In this document: positions 1 to 11,379 of the stretch, one piece after another
Position numbering within the stretch: the stretch's first letter is position 1
How the letters are laid out: each line of letters starts with the position of its first letter
Source: Antedon mediterranea
Taxonomy: Eukaryota; Animalia; Echinodermata
DNA: 64,000 nucleotides
Direction of reading: 5' to 3'
NCBI RefSeq assembly: GCF_964355755.1
Contig: NC_092671.1
Coordinates: 4,588,001-4,652,000 of the forward strand
Position numbers and translations under genes: made by a program
Notes under the pieces: model-generated
What the model saw: the letters and a program-made list of their open reading frames with translations, nothing else
Told to the model about the DNA's origin: nothing
Database searches by the model: none

Positions 1-199
1 TAATACCAAAAGCGGTCACAATATGAATCACATATACCATTACCATCTTCTCAACATCTTTATTCAGGAACATATTAATGAACTCATCATATTGACTCGT
101 GTTAAACGCTGAAACCGTGTAATCAGATTCCGGTAAATCATAATATGATGTATTGTCAGCTGAAATCGACATGTTATTTTTGAAAATATCCACATTCAT
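1..199 (-). CDS. 5' part of a class A GPCR paralogue (runs off the window start)
   Basis: The reverse complement reads MNVDIFKNNMSISADNTSY...NTSQYDEFINMFLNKDVEKMVMVYVIHIVTAFGI, matching the N-terminus and TM1 of the other paralogues. In-frame ATGs at 199 and 172. Confidence 0.8.
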   Translation of the reverse strand, partial: MNVDIFKNNMSISADNTSYYDLPESDYTVSAFNTSQYDEFINMFLNKDVEKMVMVYVIHIVTAFGI

Positions 200-631
200 A
201 TTCCCTTCTCTCAATTAAATTTGTTTCCAATAAAATACAATTCAACTCCAGAGTTATAAAACAGACATACGAAAATGTGTTAGTAGTGTTTTGAAATACT
301 GTTCTAAATGGTTACATCACGTATATACCAAGGAAATATGTCAAACAATTTTAAAAAGCAGATTATTTGAGGTTGTGTGTAGTTCCGGTGACGTCACTTG
401 ATGTTTGATTATTCTCCGTACGGAAAAAAATGCCTCAGGATGCGTCGGCTCTTCCCGGATAACTTCGTCAATAATATTTCTTAACAATTTTGTAACGACT
501 GTCCGTCTGGATTTAGCGGGCCGGAGTTAAATGTTAATATACAACTATAATATATAGGGCATATATAAATTTGAATTAGTGTCCATGAATTATTACAGTG
601 TCAAACCATTTTTTGTTTTTTTTTTATTCTT

Positions 632-765
632 TTTTTAGACGCTTGCAACGCGACTCTACAGCTCACTATATCGGTCAGTTGGTCGGTCGGTCGATTAGTC
701 GGTCGGTCGGTAAACACTAACTTGAGCACGCGACTGCAGTCATCTATATGGCCTTGTTTTTTTGG
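632..765. mobile_element. Short non-autonomous Helentron/HINE-like element
   Basis: T-run flanks, repeated ACGCGACT motif, internal (GGTC)n microsatellite and an end in ...GGCCTTGTTT. This layout is typical of Helentron-associated elements. Confidence 0.45.
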
Positions 766-789
766 CATTACAGGTCAATGTAGCGAGCG

Positions 790-1125
790 AGTCATATGGC
801 CGAGCGGTTAAGGCAGGGGCGCCGTTTACCGTACCTAAAGAGCCAACAACAACATCGGCAAGGGTTCGAGGCCGACTCGCTCCTAGTTCTGGTGGTGGAA
901 CAAGTCTTCTCGGATAAGGACTATAAACCGTAGGTCCAGTGTACACAGTTATAACCTGTATGTACTTTAAAGAACCCAGTTCATTATTCGAAGAAGAGTA
1001 GAGGGTTACCCCGGTGAACTGGTTCACACAATAGCCCCTGTATCAGGGGGATTACCACCTATCTGATAGGACAGTGATTAATTCACTATTGGTAATCCTT
1101 GGCCACATTGCCTAAAGACATAAAA
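790..1125 (+). mobile_element. tRNA-derived SINE with Deu-like central domain
   Basis: A-box TGGCCGAGCGG and B-box GGTTCGAGGCC, followed by TAAACCGTAGGTCC...TAAAGAACCC...AAGAGTAGAGGGTTACCCCGGTG, which resembles the DeuSINE/AmnSINE core. A-rich tail. Confidence 0.7.
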
Positions 1126-1995
1126 ATAAAATGTAAAATGTTTTAAATCTTCACATCCTTACTGCATTGTGAGCACAATTTTATTTTAACCAATTATGTT
1201 TTTTAATCAAGCAACTGTTGATTTTGTTTTGATTTTTATATGTTGGATATTCATTTCCCATACAAAGTTTCCATATTGGAGATGTGGCAAGATAGGCGCG
1301 TTATAGAAACAATACAGTGGCCTTAAATATCTTATTACGTCATAGGTTTCCAACTCAAATTTTCGTTTATAACAAACCGAAAGAAGGTAATATTTTCATT
1401 TTCTTTTTAGGTTTGAATTGTACCATCAATTGTTATGGAAATAATTTGTCTCGGTGTTACATTTTGATGTCTTTTAGAGTTCTAGAGTGTGTATATCAAA
1501 GAGCGAAAATCATCCCCACAGAATGATTGTGTTGTTTCTGGACGCGCTGCACATTCGAACTCAAAAATTCATTAGGCAAAGAATTAATAGTCCAACAGAG
1601 AAAACATTGAAGTTAGTAGGCCCTATTTGGTCTAAAAATACCTGTACATGCAATCTTTAGACAAGAATAAACACACTGAGTTTCCTAACTGATGGATTCA
1701 CCAATCGTATAACCAGCATAAAACGTTAAATGGAAATTACTTTTTTCTGTAATAAAGTGAAAATACTTGTGTTTCTTTCATTCATTCGCTCAATTTTCTG
1801 ACGATGAAATGGTTCGGTTTTCAGTTTGATATATTCTACGTATGTGTTGTTCAATCAAAGTTTTTATTCTGTCAAACCATCTTTACTTTGAAAGTCTCCG
1901 AGAATACTCGATTTACGTGTAAAATTGGCTTTTCTAAAGAAATACCATCTCTTCTAGCTGTATGTCTATTGATTTTGTTCAGCAAGTTTTTCTTG

Positions 1996-2906
1996 GTATG
2001 GTATGGTATAACAAAGTATATACTTAGTATAAAACATGTTACGAAATTAGCACAATTTAATTTTAAGCTGATACACTGTATACTTGCACGTAAAAAACAT
2101 ATGAAGGTATGGAAGCTATCTTCTACAGAGTTATGCGACTACTGTCGAACTGAACCAGAAACCGACAAACACATGCTATTAAATAAAAGTGTAAAAGTGT
2201 TCAACTTGCATGGAATAATTGTAATTCCATGATTCAAGACTGCTATACACTTAACGAAACAGTTAATAATTGGATAGATATAGTTACAGGAACAAAAAGT
2301 AAAAATGTAAATGAATTCATCTCATTGTTAACCTTCTGTATTTATAAATTTAAATATATCAAATCAGAAAAATACACAAAAAGATCAACAATGATTTGGA
2401 GCTAATAGAATAGAACTCAGAAATGTATTAACTAACCAATATGCTTGTAATGTAAATAAAGCTCACATTAAATGGGCTAAAGTAAAAGATAAAGTAATGA
2501 ATAACATTTTATAAAATCAAAATGAAAACTGTTTTTTTTTCTTTTCTCTTTCCTTCTTTTTCTTTCTTCTATATTAAGAAAAATTTAAAAAAATACAAAA
2601 AGTAATTTTTTTTTTAATACACTTATTGTACTTTACTATAAAACAGAAAGATGAAAGGGAAGAAAAGAAATATAGAAAGAAAAACAACGCTTCAATACGT
2701 TGGCCCAATGTTATAAGAGGGTATGTGCCAATATAACCAATTATGTTTAGGTTTTAAAAGATATCCAAGTATGTATAATATCTCTTTTAACCATATAATT
2801 GTACATACATGTTATAAACACATTTTAAAATATGTAATTTTGTATCCTTGTCATGAATGCAATAATGAATAAAAGTGGGCTAAACTCACGAAAGAGAAAA
2901 AAAAAG
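1996..2906 (+). mobile_element. 5'-truncated L1/Tx1-clade LINE fragment
   Basis: Encodes KLAQFNFKLIHCIL...CDYC...ETDKHML (zf-RVT-like CCHC end of ORF2), then a 3' UTR with AATAAA and an A-tail near 2900. It interrupts a spacer that is continuous in the paralogous spacers (~16400, ~24330). Confidence 0.6.
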
Positions 2907-3076
2907 TTGTTCTTTTATCATTCCTAAATAGGCATGAGTTAATTTCATATTCAATGTGATACGTAGCATTCTACGCCACACCATAATCAGTCAAACGTTA
3001 TTTGTTATCAAGCATCCAAGTTTCATCGCAGCAATAGCTGTGAATAATATTTAGAGATAACGATGATACGTACCGA

Positions 3077-4147
3077 TTAATCATTAAATATATAATTTAA
3101 TTTCCTTCGAATTGTCTTGTAGAAAATGTCGACAAATGCTTGACTAAAACTTTCATTTACTACATTATATATTAAAGGATTTACTGAAGAATTGAACAAC
3201 ATTCCAAAACGAGAAATTGAGAGCCAAACTACATCGGATTTAAGAATATTAAAAAAGTATAGTGTTATACATACATTATACGGTGTTATGCATACAAAAT
3301 AAACTGCTACTGTCACAAAAATTGTCCAGAGTATTTTCCTTTCAGATTTAGAACGTAAGTCGGTTTCACATGAAGTCAACACAATTTTGCGGGACTTTCT
3401 TAATGAATAAAAAATGAGCAAATATAAAACTAACATGATCATAAGTAACACCATATGAATCGTAAATTGCAGTGTCCACAAAATTCTACAAAGTTTATAG
3501 TAGGTTGGCTTAATAAGACATATAGTTGAACGATTTGAGATACCTCTATACATATCTGGCCAAGGAAAATTGACGGTTGCTCGGTACTTGTGAACAAATA
3601 TTACAGTATTCACAGAAAAACTGAAAACCCATATAATTGTACAGACTATTAGGGATCTAGAAAGAGTACCAAATCCACTTCTTTGAAACCAGTAAGGTCT
3701 ACAAATTGCCATATAGCGTTCAACAGAAAGCCAGAAAATGGTTAAAATGGCCACATGTGCAGCACTAAAAGGAAGGTATACTAGAAGTCCACAAATCCAA
3801 TTCCTTTCGACATCAGAAGTATTATAATTTGGTATCGGAATAAGTTCCTTATATGTTGTCATTTCAATGGGCGACACAATTAGATACAACGTATCAGCTA
3901 TTGCCAGGTTGGCTAGATACACGTAAACTGATTTGCGCAGTTTACTTACTATAACGATAAATGTCATTATGTTGCCGATAACACCAAAAGTGACAACAAT
4001 ATTAATCACATAATTAAGAACAATCATCCCAAAATCTGTATTCAGGTACAAACGAATGGCATCATCATATTGACTCGTTTCAGACGTTGAATTCATGTAT
4101 TCAGATTCCGGTAAATGATATGATGTATTGTCTGCTAACATTGGCAT
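3077..4147 (-). CDS. Intronless class A (rhodopsin-like) 7TM GPCR, type A copy 1
   Basis: 356 aa. GN (TM1), LAIAD (TM2), Cys3.25, ERY (TM3), CITP (TM6), NPLIY (TM7), helix 8 and N-terminal N-glycosylation sequons. Confidence 0.93.
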   Translation of the reverse strand: MPMLADNTSYHLPESEYMNSTSETSQYDDAIRLYLNTDFGMIVLNYVINIVVTFGVIGNIMTFIVIVSKLRKSVYVYLANLAIADTLYLIVSPIEMTTYKELIPIPNYNTSDVERNWICGLLVYLPFSAAHVAILTIFWLSVERYMAICRPYWFQRSGFGTLSRSLIVCTIIWVFSFSVNTVIFVHKYRATVNFPWPDMYRGISNRSTICLIKPTYYKLCRILWTLQFTIHMVLLMIMLVLYLLIFYSLRKSRKIVLTSCETDLRSKSERKILWTIFVTVAVYFVCITPYNVCITLYFFNILKSDVVWLSISRFGMLFNSSVNPLIYNVVNESFSQAFVDIFYKTIRRKLNYIFND

Positions 4148-4192
4148 CTTGTAATTTCCAAAATATCCACATTCATATTCTCTTTTATCAAT

Positions 4193-5357
4193 ACCGATTA
4201 CTTATCTCGGTGAGTGAACTCCACGGAGCAATAAAACACTGTCAGTGTTCGATTACATGCTCGTAGAGTTAACTTCACGGAGTGAGAAAACACTGACAGT
4301 ATTCGATTACTTTGCTTGTAGAGTGAACTCCACGGAGTGATAAAACACTCAGTCTTCGATTAATTTGCTTGTAGACTGAACTCCACGGAGTGATAAAACA
4401 CTCTGTCAGTCTTCGATTACTTGCTTGTAGAGTGAACTATGTGGAGTGATAAAACACTGTCAGTCTTCGATTAATTTGCTTGTAGACTGAACTCCACGGA
4501 GTGATAAAACACTGTCAGTCTTCGATTAATTTGCTTGTAGATTGAACTCCACAGAGTCATAAAACACTGCCAGTTTTCGATTACTGTGCCTGTAGAGTGA
4601 ACTCCACGGAGTGATGAAACACTGTCAGTCTTCGATTACTTTGCTTGTAGAGTAAAATTTGCGGTGAGATATAACTCGTCAGTATTCGATTACTTTGCTT
4701 GTAGAGTGAACTTTTCGGAGAAAACTTTGTCAGTATTCGATTACTGTGCTTGTAGAGTGAACTCCACGGAGTGATGAAACACTGTCAATCTTCGATTACT
4801 TTGCTTGTAGAGTGAACTTTGTAGAGTGAACTTTGCGGAGAGATAAAACTCGTCAGTATTCGATTACATTGCTTGTAGAGTGAACTCCGAAAAGTGATAA
4901 AACACTGTCAGTCTCCGATTACTTTGCTTGTATAGTGAACTCCGCGGAGTGATAAAACACTCTGTCAGGCTTCGATTACTTTGCTTGTAGAGTGAACTCC
5001 GCAGAGTGATAAAACACTGTCAGTCTTCGATGAATTTGCTTATAGAGTAAACTCCGCGGAGTGATAAAACTCTGTCAGAACGGTATTTGATTACTTTGCT
5101 TGTTGAGTGAACTTTGCAAAGTAATACAACACTGTCAGTCACCGATTACTTTTCTTGTAGAGTGAACTCAGCGGAGTGATATAACTGTCGGTATTCTATT
5201 ACTTTGCTTGTAGAGTGAACTCCGCCAAGTGATACAACACTGTCAGTCTCCGATTACTTTTCTTGTAGAGTGAATTCCGCGGAGTGATAAAACACTGCCA
5301 GTCTTCGATTATTTTTGCTTGTAGAGTGAACTCCTCGAAGTGATAAAACTCTGTCCG
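4193..5357. repeat. 55-bp minisatellite, about 21 copies, upstream of GPCR type A
   Basis: Unit GAGTGAACTCCACGGAGTGATAAAACACTGTCAGTCTTCGATTA(C/A)TTTGCTTGTA, head-to-tail with no unique spacers. Confidence 0.95.
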
Positions 5358-5374
5358 TTTAACGAGTATGCTGA

Positions 5375-5530
5375 AATCACGTATAAAATACCAAGGAAAT
5401 AAGCAATTTTAAAAAGCAGACTATTTCTGTTGTTTGTACTTCCGGGGACGTCACTAGATGCTTGATTATTCTCCGTACGAAAAAAGTTCCCCGGATGTAT
5501 TGGCTCTCCCCGGATAACGGGGTAGGAGTT
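5375..5530. promoter_or_regulatory. Conserved upstream block (candidate promoter) with CRE-like and ETS-like motifs
   Basis: TTCCGGGGACGTCAC...GATTATTCTCCGTACG is conserved at ~315-470 (perfect TGACGTCA there) and ~26205-26350, each upstream of a GPCR. Function is inferred. Confidence 0.35.
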
Positions 5531-6052
5531 AAATTATATATTAGATTAAATAATATGACCTATATAAAGTTACATATTATATGTGTTGGATATTCATTTC
5601 CCTATACAGTATAACGTTTCCATATTGGAGATTTGGCAAGATAAGGGCGTTATATAAATGCATGTGTACAGGAAATAGGTTTTATTTACTTTGCAGATGA
5701 TACCAATGGTCTTAGATATCGTATTATATTACGTCATATTGTAGGCCTATATGGGGTTTCCAGCTTCAATTATCGTTTTATACAATATTTGCTTTTAAAA
5801 TAAAATTTTTAAAAATATATAAAAAATAATAGACATTCAAGCTCAAATATTAATTTTTCATTGTACATTTTATTACATTTACAATAATTATAACTTAAGT
5901 AAACTTTCCGGGCTTATTAACTTCATATTATAATAAAATACTATATAATTTAATTTAGGATAATTTGTACTTTTAATCCGACGCGTCATTACACCATTTC
6001 TAGGTACATGTAGCCTATAATTGTAATATTTTTGATACTCAACCTCACTAAA

Positions 6053-6237
6053 GGCCAATTTACACAGACGAGCGGTAACGGTAATAGAAATATAGAATCT
6101 ATGTTATTCCTTAATGACCATTTTCACACAACGCGGAGCGGACGGGCGGTTTCCGCTGAGGAAAGATACAGATTCTAAGTGGGACAAGCTACGCGGCTTT
6201 CCGCTTACTGTTGCCGCTCGTCTGTGTAATCGGACGA
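6053..6237. mobile_element. MITE (PIF/Harbinger-like)
   Basis: Inverted termini TTACACAGACGAGCGGTAACGGTAA / TTACTGTTGCCGCTCGTCTGTGTAA. An internally deleted paralogue lies at ~26926-27068. Confidence 0.55.
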
Positions 6238-7918
6238 TTGTTTATGATTATTATCAAACACAATATAATTATAATTTATGGAGACATTCGTACAAATACA
6301 TTAATTAAAATTGGGAACTGGGTCTAATCCACATTACTGTAAATTTGACAACAAAACCAGTTTATTTCCATCTGCCATGTCATATATTATCTTACTTATA
6401 TCTTACTTTCTTTTCGTATACATGTTGCTGACTGATTGTGCAATATGTAATGTGTAATGTTGTGTACATTACTTCTTCCAAAGTTGTTTATAATGAGTAA
6501 TTGTGTTTAATGAGCAAAATATGTATAAATATGTTAAAGCAATTTCTTCATATATTTTGACCGATAAAATGTGAAATGTGCAACTTAATAGTGAAATATA
6601 TCGTTTAATTTGCTTCGGAGTTTGCTGTAAAACACATCAACAAATGCTTGTCTAAAACTTTTATTTACTACATTATATATTAAAGGATTTACAGAAGAAT
6701 TGAACAACATTGCAAAACGAGAAATTGAGAGCCATACTATATCGGATTCAAGAATATGAAAAACGTATAGTATTGAACATACAATATTCGGTGATATGAA
6801 TATAACATAAATCCAGAGTATTTTCTTCTCAGATTTAGAACGTAAGTCGGTTTCACATGAAGTCGGCACGATTTTGCGGGACTTTCTTATTGAATACAAA
6901 ATGAGCAAATATAAAACTAACATAATTCCAATTAACACCATACAAATCATAAATACCAGTGTCCACAAAATTCTACAAAGTTTATAGTAGGTTGGCTTAA
7001 TAAGACATATAGTTGAACGATTTGAGATACCTCTATACATATCTGGCCAAGGAAAATTCACGGTTGCTCGGTACTTGTAAACAAAATAATTTCTTCCGAG
7101 TAAAAATACCAAAGGAAGAATCGTTTGTGTCAATGGGTTTCACTCTATTAGTATAGTTCATCGGTCAGTTTCCCATGACTTTATGTAAACTGTTTGGATG
7201 GGATGACCATGAAGTCGACGGGATGGTGTGGAACACGTTTTATGTGCCAATTTTTGGCCAAGTTACAATACGTAAATGTGATACTTTTAATACCTGGATC
7301 ATTTTAACCTCACTTTATTTCTTTTTGCTCATGACGGCGGCCTTAGGCAACATTACTGTTCTTTTATATAGGCCAACCATTTTTACATCGAGCTACTATT
7401 GGCAGAGTTTTTCACCCTGCCTTTGAGGTTATTTTTGCTCTCATTTCGAGCATTTTATTTTCTACGATTCGTTTTGCTCTCATATAGATAGGGGCCTAAG
7501 TAGAAACATTTTTATTTCCGGCTATGTTTTGGTCCAGGGACATATACCGGAAAGGTACCTTACTATTTGAAACTTTTGCTGCTACTTTGCTTTACGCCCG
7601 AGGGACAATTTTGCTAGCTCAATGACTCATAACAGTGCATTCGTTTTTAAAGAATTGCACGACTTTTACTTATGTTGGGTGGTTTACACCAACACTATAT
7701 CTGACCTATATTTCTGAGCTATATTTGGTCTCCTCGTATTTCTAATTTCATTGCACATGCAATGCTTGGCGATTCTATTTAAAGTAAGCAAGCCTTTGTA
7801 AGGTACCAGTAATAGGTATCTTATGTGCTCAGGAAAATTCCTCACATTAACCTATCATTTTAAACACTTTTTCTTTTATGCTGGGGCTACAGGAGTCCAG
7901 TAGGCGTCCAGAAACAAT

Positions 7919-8829
7919 ATGCCAAAAACAACGTCAAAAAATTCAAAAACGGGAAAAAACGCACAGAAAAAGAAGGTACCGCAGGTAGCGACGTCGCTTG
8001 ACTATGCCAAACTGGCAAAAGAACTGCACGCCTTACAACAAGTGGAGAGACAAAAAGAACCTCAGGACAGCCACGCAGTATCCACGGACATCGTGTCGAC
8101 GACACCAGTACCTGAATGTATCCACCAAATTCCAGGTGAGGAGCTTTTGGCCTAACCCGATATCCATATATCAGAGGCCATCCCCCTTGGGGCAGGTATC
8201 AGCGCAGCCATCAAAAATAAAATATGGAATGATACATTTATTGAACTGCGTTCACTACTTCCTAGTTATAAAGAACAAGCTACAGTAACGGGCATGTCGG
8301 TAGGCAATGGCAACATACAGCTTCACCATGAACCACCCCAACAAGTTCAACCGCTTGAATTTTTAGATTGGGTGAAAGCGATGCATATTTATGTATCCAT
8401 ATATATATATTGAAAGAGAAAGAAGCATGCCAACCTATGCTTAAGTATATAGCTAACATTCTAGATATTTATAGGTCGGGTCCGGTAGGGGAATGGCGAA
8501 GATACGACTTGAACTTTCGAAAAGCGAGACAATCTCGTCCACTAGAATGGGGGCTCTTAAATACAGAACTCCTCGTAAAATGCTATAATTATTTACGTAC
8601 TGACACGTCCCAAACCAAACGTTTTCAAAGTAAATTTCAGAGTTCCTTTCGAAACACGCGAAACCGGGGAGTCTGTTGGAACTGGAACGACGGAAAGGAT
8701 TGTAGAAAGAAACCCTGTACCCTCAAACATACTTGCGACATTTGCAGGGGAAACCACCCAAAAATTCGTTGCCAAAAACCTAACAAAATTAGGCAACCAC
8801 CATCCTTTCTCGCTACCAACCCCAATTAG
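7919..8829 (+). pseudogene. gag: Ngaro gag-like ORF1 (disrupted)
   Basis: Stop at 8153-8155, after which the frame continues (IKNKIWNDTFIELRSLLP). Frameshift at the (AT)n run near 8400. WRRYDLNFR motif and C-terminal Cys/His finger (CWNWN...C...C...H.C..C...H....C). Confidence 0.75.
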
Positions 8830-8842
8830 ACTAATCAACCTA

Positions 8843-10387
8843 ATGTTTTACTTAACAGGTTCCCCACAAGGTATGTACACATCCATTTTGGCCGGCTTTA
8901 AACATGGTTTTACATTAGGCTCGATAACTATGACAGCTAAAAACCATAGAAGTTGTTTCACATACTCGGGAGCGGTAACTGACTTTATTAAAAAGGGAGT
9001 ACTCTTAGGCAGAATTGCAGGACCGTTCTCATCACCACCCTTTAAAAACTTCAGAATTTCTCCGTTAGGTGTAATTCCAAAATCGGAACCAGGTAAATTT
9101 AGAATCATACACGATTTATCTTATCCGAAAGGTAATTCCGTCAATGACACGATTCCTACCGGGGAAAAAATTGTACAATACGACAACATTGACACAATTG
9201 TCAAACAAGTATTAAAGTTTGGGGTGGGCAGTCTCATGGCAAAAACGGATATCGAAGAGGCCTTTCGGATTATCCCGATCACACCCACAGATTATTGGCT
9301 TTTAGGTTTTTCATGGGAAGGTAGTTTTTACTATGATAAGTGCCTACCCATGGGGGCATCAAGTTCTTGCAATCGCTTTGGTTTGTTCAGCGACTCATTA
9401 ACGTGGATTATGCAAAACAAGTTCCAAACCCAGGGCATATAACATTTATTAGATGATTTTTGGTTCATAGGGGAAGCCGATTCCAATACCTGTTTAAATT
9501 CCCTGACTAATTTTATGTTTCTTTGTTCACAAGTAGGGGTCCCGATCAAGTACAGTAAAACTGTTACGCCAAGAACATGCTTGACCATATATGGGATAGA
9601 AGTGGATACTCTGTCTATGGAATGTAGACTTCCTATAGAAAAAGTATTAAAAATTCGGGAAAAACTATCCTATTTTATGTCTAGGCAAAAAGTCACCTTA
9701 AAAGAATTACAATCTCTGTTAGGCCTCCTCAACTTTGCTTGTTGTGTAGTCGTTCCGGGCCGCCCATTTTTACGCCGATTAATAAATTTAACAGCGGGAA
9801 AACAATCTAATTCAAGAAAACCCCTAGCCACCGATTTCCGTACTTTAACGAGCGAGACCAAGGAAGACTTAAACACTTGGTTAGAATTTGCCAATAACTT
9901 TAATGGGAAGGCCATGATTTTAGAAGAAATTTGGTTATCTTCTTCAACCCTCAATTTATTTACTGATGCATCGGGCTCAATCGGGTGCGCAGGGGTTCTC
10001 AATGAAAAGTGGTTTGCGATTCGTTGGCCAATTTACATGCAACATCACTCAATCGCCGCGAAAGAAATGTTCCCCATTGTTTTAGCTCTCGAATTATGGG
10101 GCCATCGGCTATCTAATAAATTCATCCTATTTCAGTCCGACAATCTAGCGGTGGTATATATCATAAATAAGAAAACAGCTAGAGATAACGTGCTACTACG
10201 TCTACTAAGACGATTAATACTCTGCTGTCTAAATCACAACATTTATTTTAGAGCCCAACACATTCAGGGGGTCAAAAATGTTCTGGCTGATTGGTTATCT
10301 CGCTTCAAAATCGACAAAGCTTTACAAACCTTTAAGCAGTTGGAAAATATTCCATCTGTCGTACCCTCCTCGTTTATTTATATTTAA
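8843..10387 (+). pseudogene. pol: Ngaro reverse transcriptase-RNase H ORF with one in-frame stop
   Basis: RT motifs RIIHDLS, KTDIEEAFR, LPMGASSS and, just past TAA 9440-9442, HLLDDF in the same frame as ORF 9515-10387. RNase H motifs FTDAS, KEMFP, SDN, ADWLSR. Confidence 0.88.
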
Positions 10388-10464
10388 TTTATTTTAATTT
10401 TCCCCTTTTACAAATAGTTATCCACTTTTTATTCATAGGACCTTCAACAAGGGATGATGACATT

Positions 10465-11379
10465 TTGTGGCCTTCACGTGCAAACTTGTCACAATCAGCT
10501 CGTCAATTAATCAAAGCGTCCTTGTCAACTTCATCTCGTAAGGCTTATTTACGAAGTTGGGAATTACTCAATAGGTGGTCGGTAGATAAAAGAACTCTAC
10601 CGCTACTTCCAACCCATCTCTGTAACTTTATTGCATTTTTATTTGAGAAAGGGTACGCTCCAAGCACTATTCATTCTCACGTTTCGGCTATTTGTTTCAT
10701 TCACAAAATTCACAGCTTTCCTGACCCTTCCGATTCTTTTCTGGTTAAGAAAACTCTCCGCGGCATGCATGCTTCGGCAAATTCAAAAGACACACGCTTG
10801 CCTATTACAATTGATATCCTTAGAAAATTAATCAGGGCCCTAGATACTACAGTTACGTCTAGAAAAATGAGAATGCTGTTGTCAGCATTTTTCTTAGTAG
10901 CATTTCAGGGTTTCATGCGAGTGGGCGAATTAGCGGCCCGTTCGGGTATGGAAGCAAAAGTGCTCCAACGCGATGATATTACATTCACTTCCACGGGTAT
11001 GAACTTAACATTACGCCATTCTAAGACTTCTACGGGAAAACCTCCGATCATTGTAAATATTACATCACAAACAAATAAGGCGTTTTGCCCTGTACACCAC
11101 CTTCGGGTGTATTTAGATTCCTTCGGTCATACGCACGGTCCTCTATTCCAACACATGAACGGTAAACCAGTGACACCACAATTCATATCATCGTGCATTA
11201 AGACAGCAATTTCTTGTATTGGGTTAAACACTAATTTATACAAAGGCCATAGTTTTAGAATAGGAGCGGCTACGCACGCCGCAGGTCTTGGGCTGTCAGA
11301 GCATATAATTCAAAAGATGGGGCGTTGGTCCTCCGATGCCTTTAAAACCTATATACGGATACATTCCTTCAAAATCTAG
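10465..11379 (+). CDS. Tyrosine recombinase (lambda-integrase family) of the Ngaro element
   Basis: Catalytic R (MRVGE), K (SKT), HSFR, GRW and Y (KTYIR). The ORF is uninterrupted but has no ATG at its 5' end. Confidence 0.9.
   Translation: MWPSRANLSQSARQLIKASLSTSSRKAYLRSWELLNRWSVDKRTLPLLPTHLCNFIAFLFEKGYAPSTIHSHVSAICFIHKIHSFPDPSDSFLVKKTLRGMHASANSKDTRLPITIDILRKLIRALDTTVTSRKMRMLLSAFFLVAFQGFMRVGELAARSGMEAKVLQRDDITFTSTGMNLTLRHSKTSTGKPPIIVNITSQTNKAFCPVHHLRVYLDSFGHTHGPLFQHMNGKPVTPQFISSCIKTAISCIGLNTNLYKGHSFRIGAATHAAGLGLSEHIIQKMGRWSSDAFKTYIRIHSFKI

Noticed and set aside
4193-5357. CRISPR-like array of regular repeats with an internal palindrome
   Set aside because: The units are contiguous with no unique spacers, there are no cas genes and the context is eukaryotic. 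It is a minisatellite.
6585-7133. 182-aa ORF as a short standalone gene
   Set aside because: Its first ~16 residues come from the Ngaro A1 repeat fused to the 3' half of a broken GPCR.
9440-9442. Programmed readthrough at single in-frame stops in Ngaro pol and BEL gag (28914)
   Set aside because: Both elements carry other disabling lesions, and the Ngaro stop sits inside the RT core. Ordinary decay is the simpler explanation.
10465-11379. Phage integrase suggesting a prophage or bacterial contamination
   Set aside because: It lies with gag, RT and RNase H inside split direct repeats, so it is the retrotransposon recombinase.
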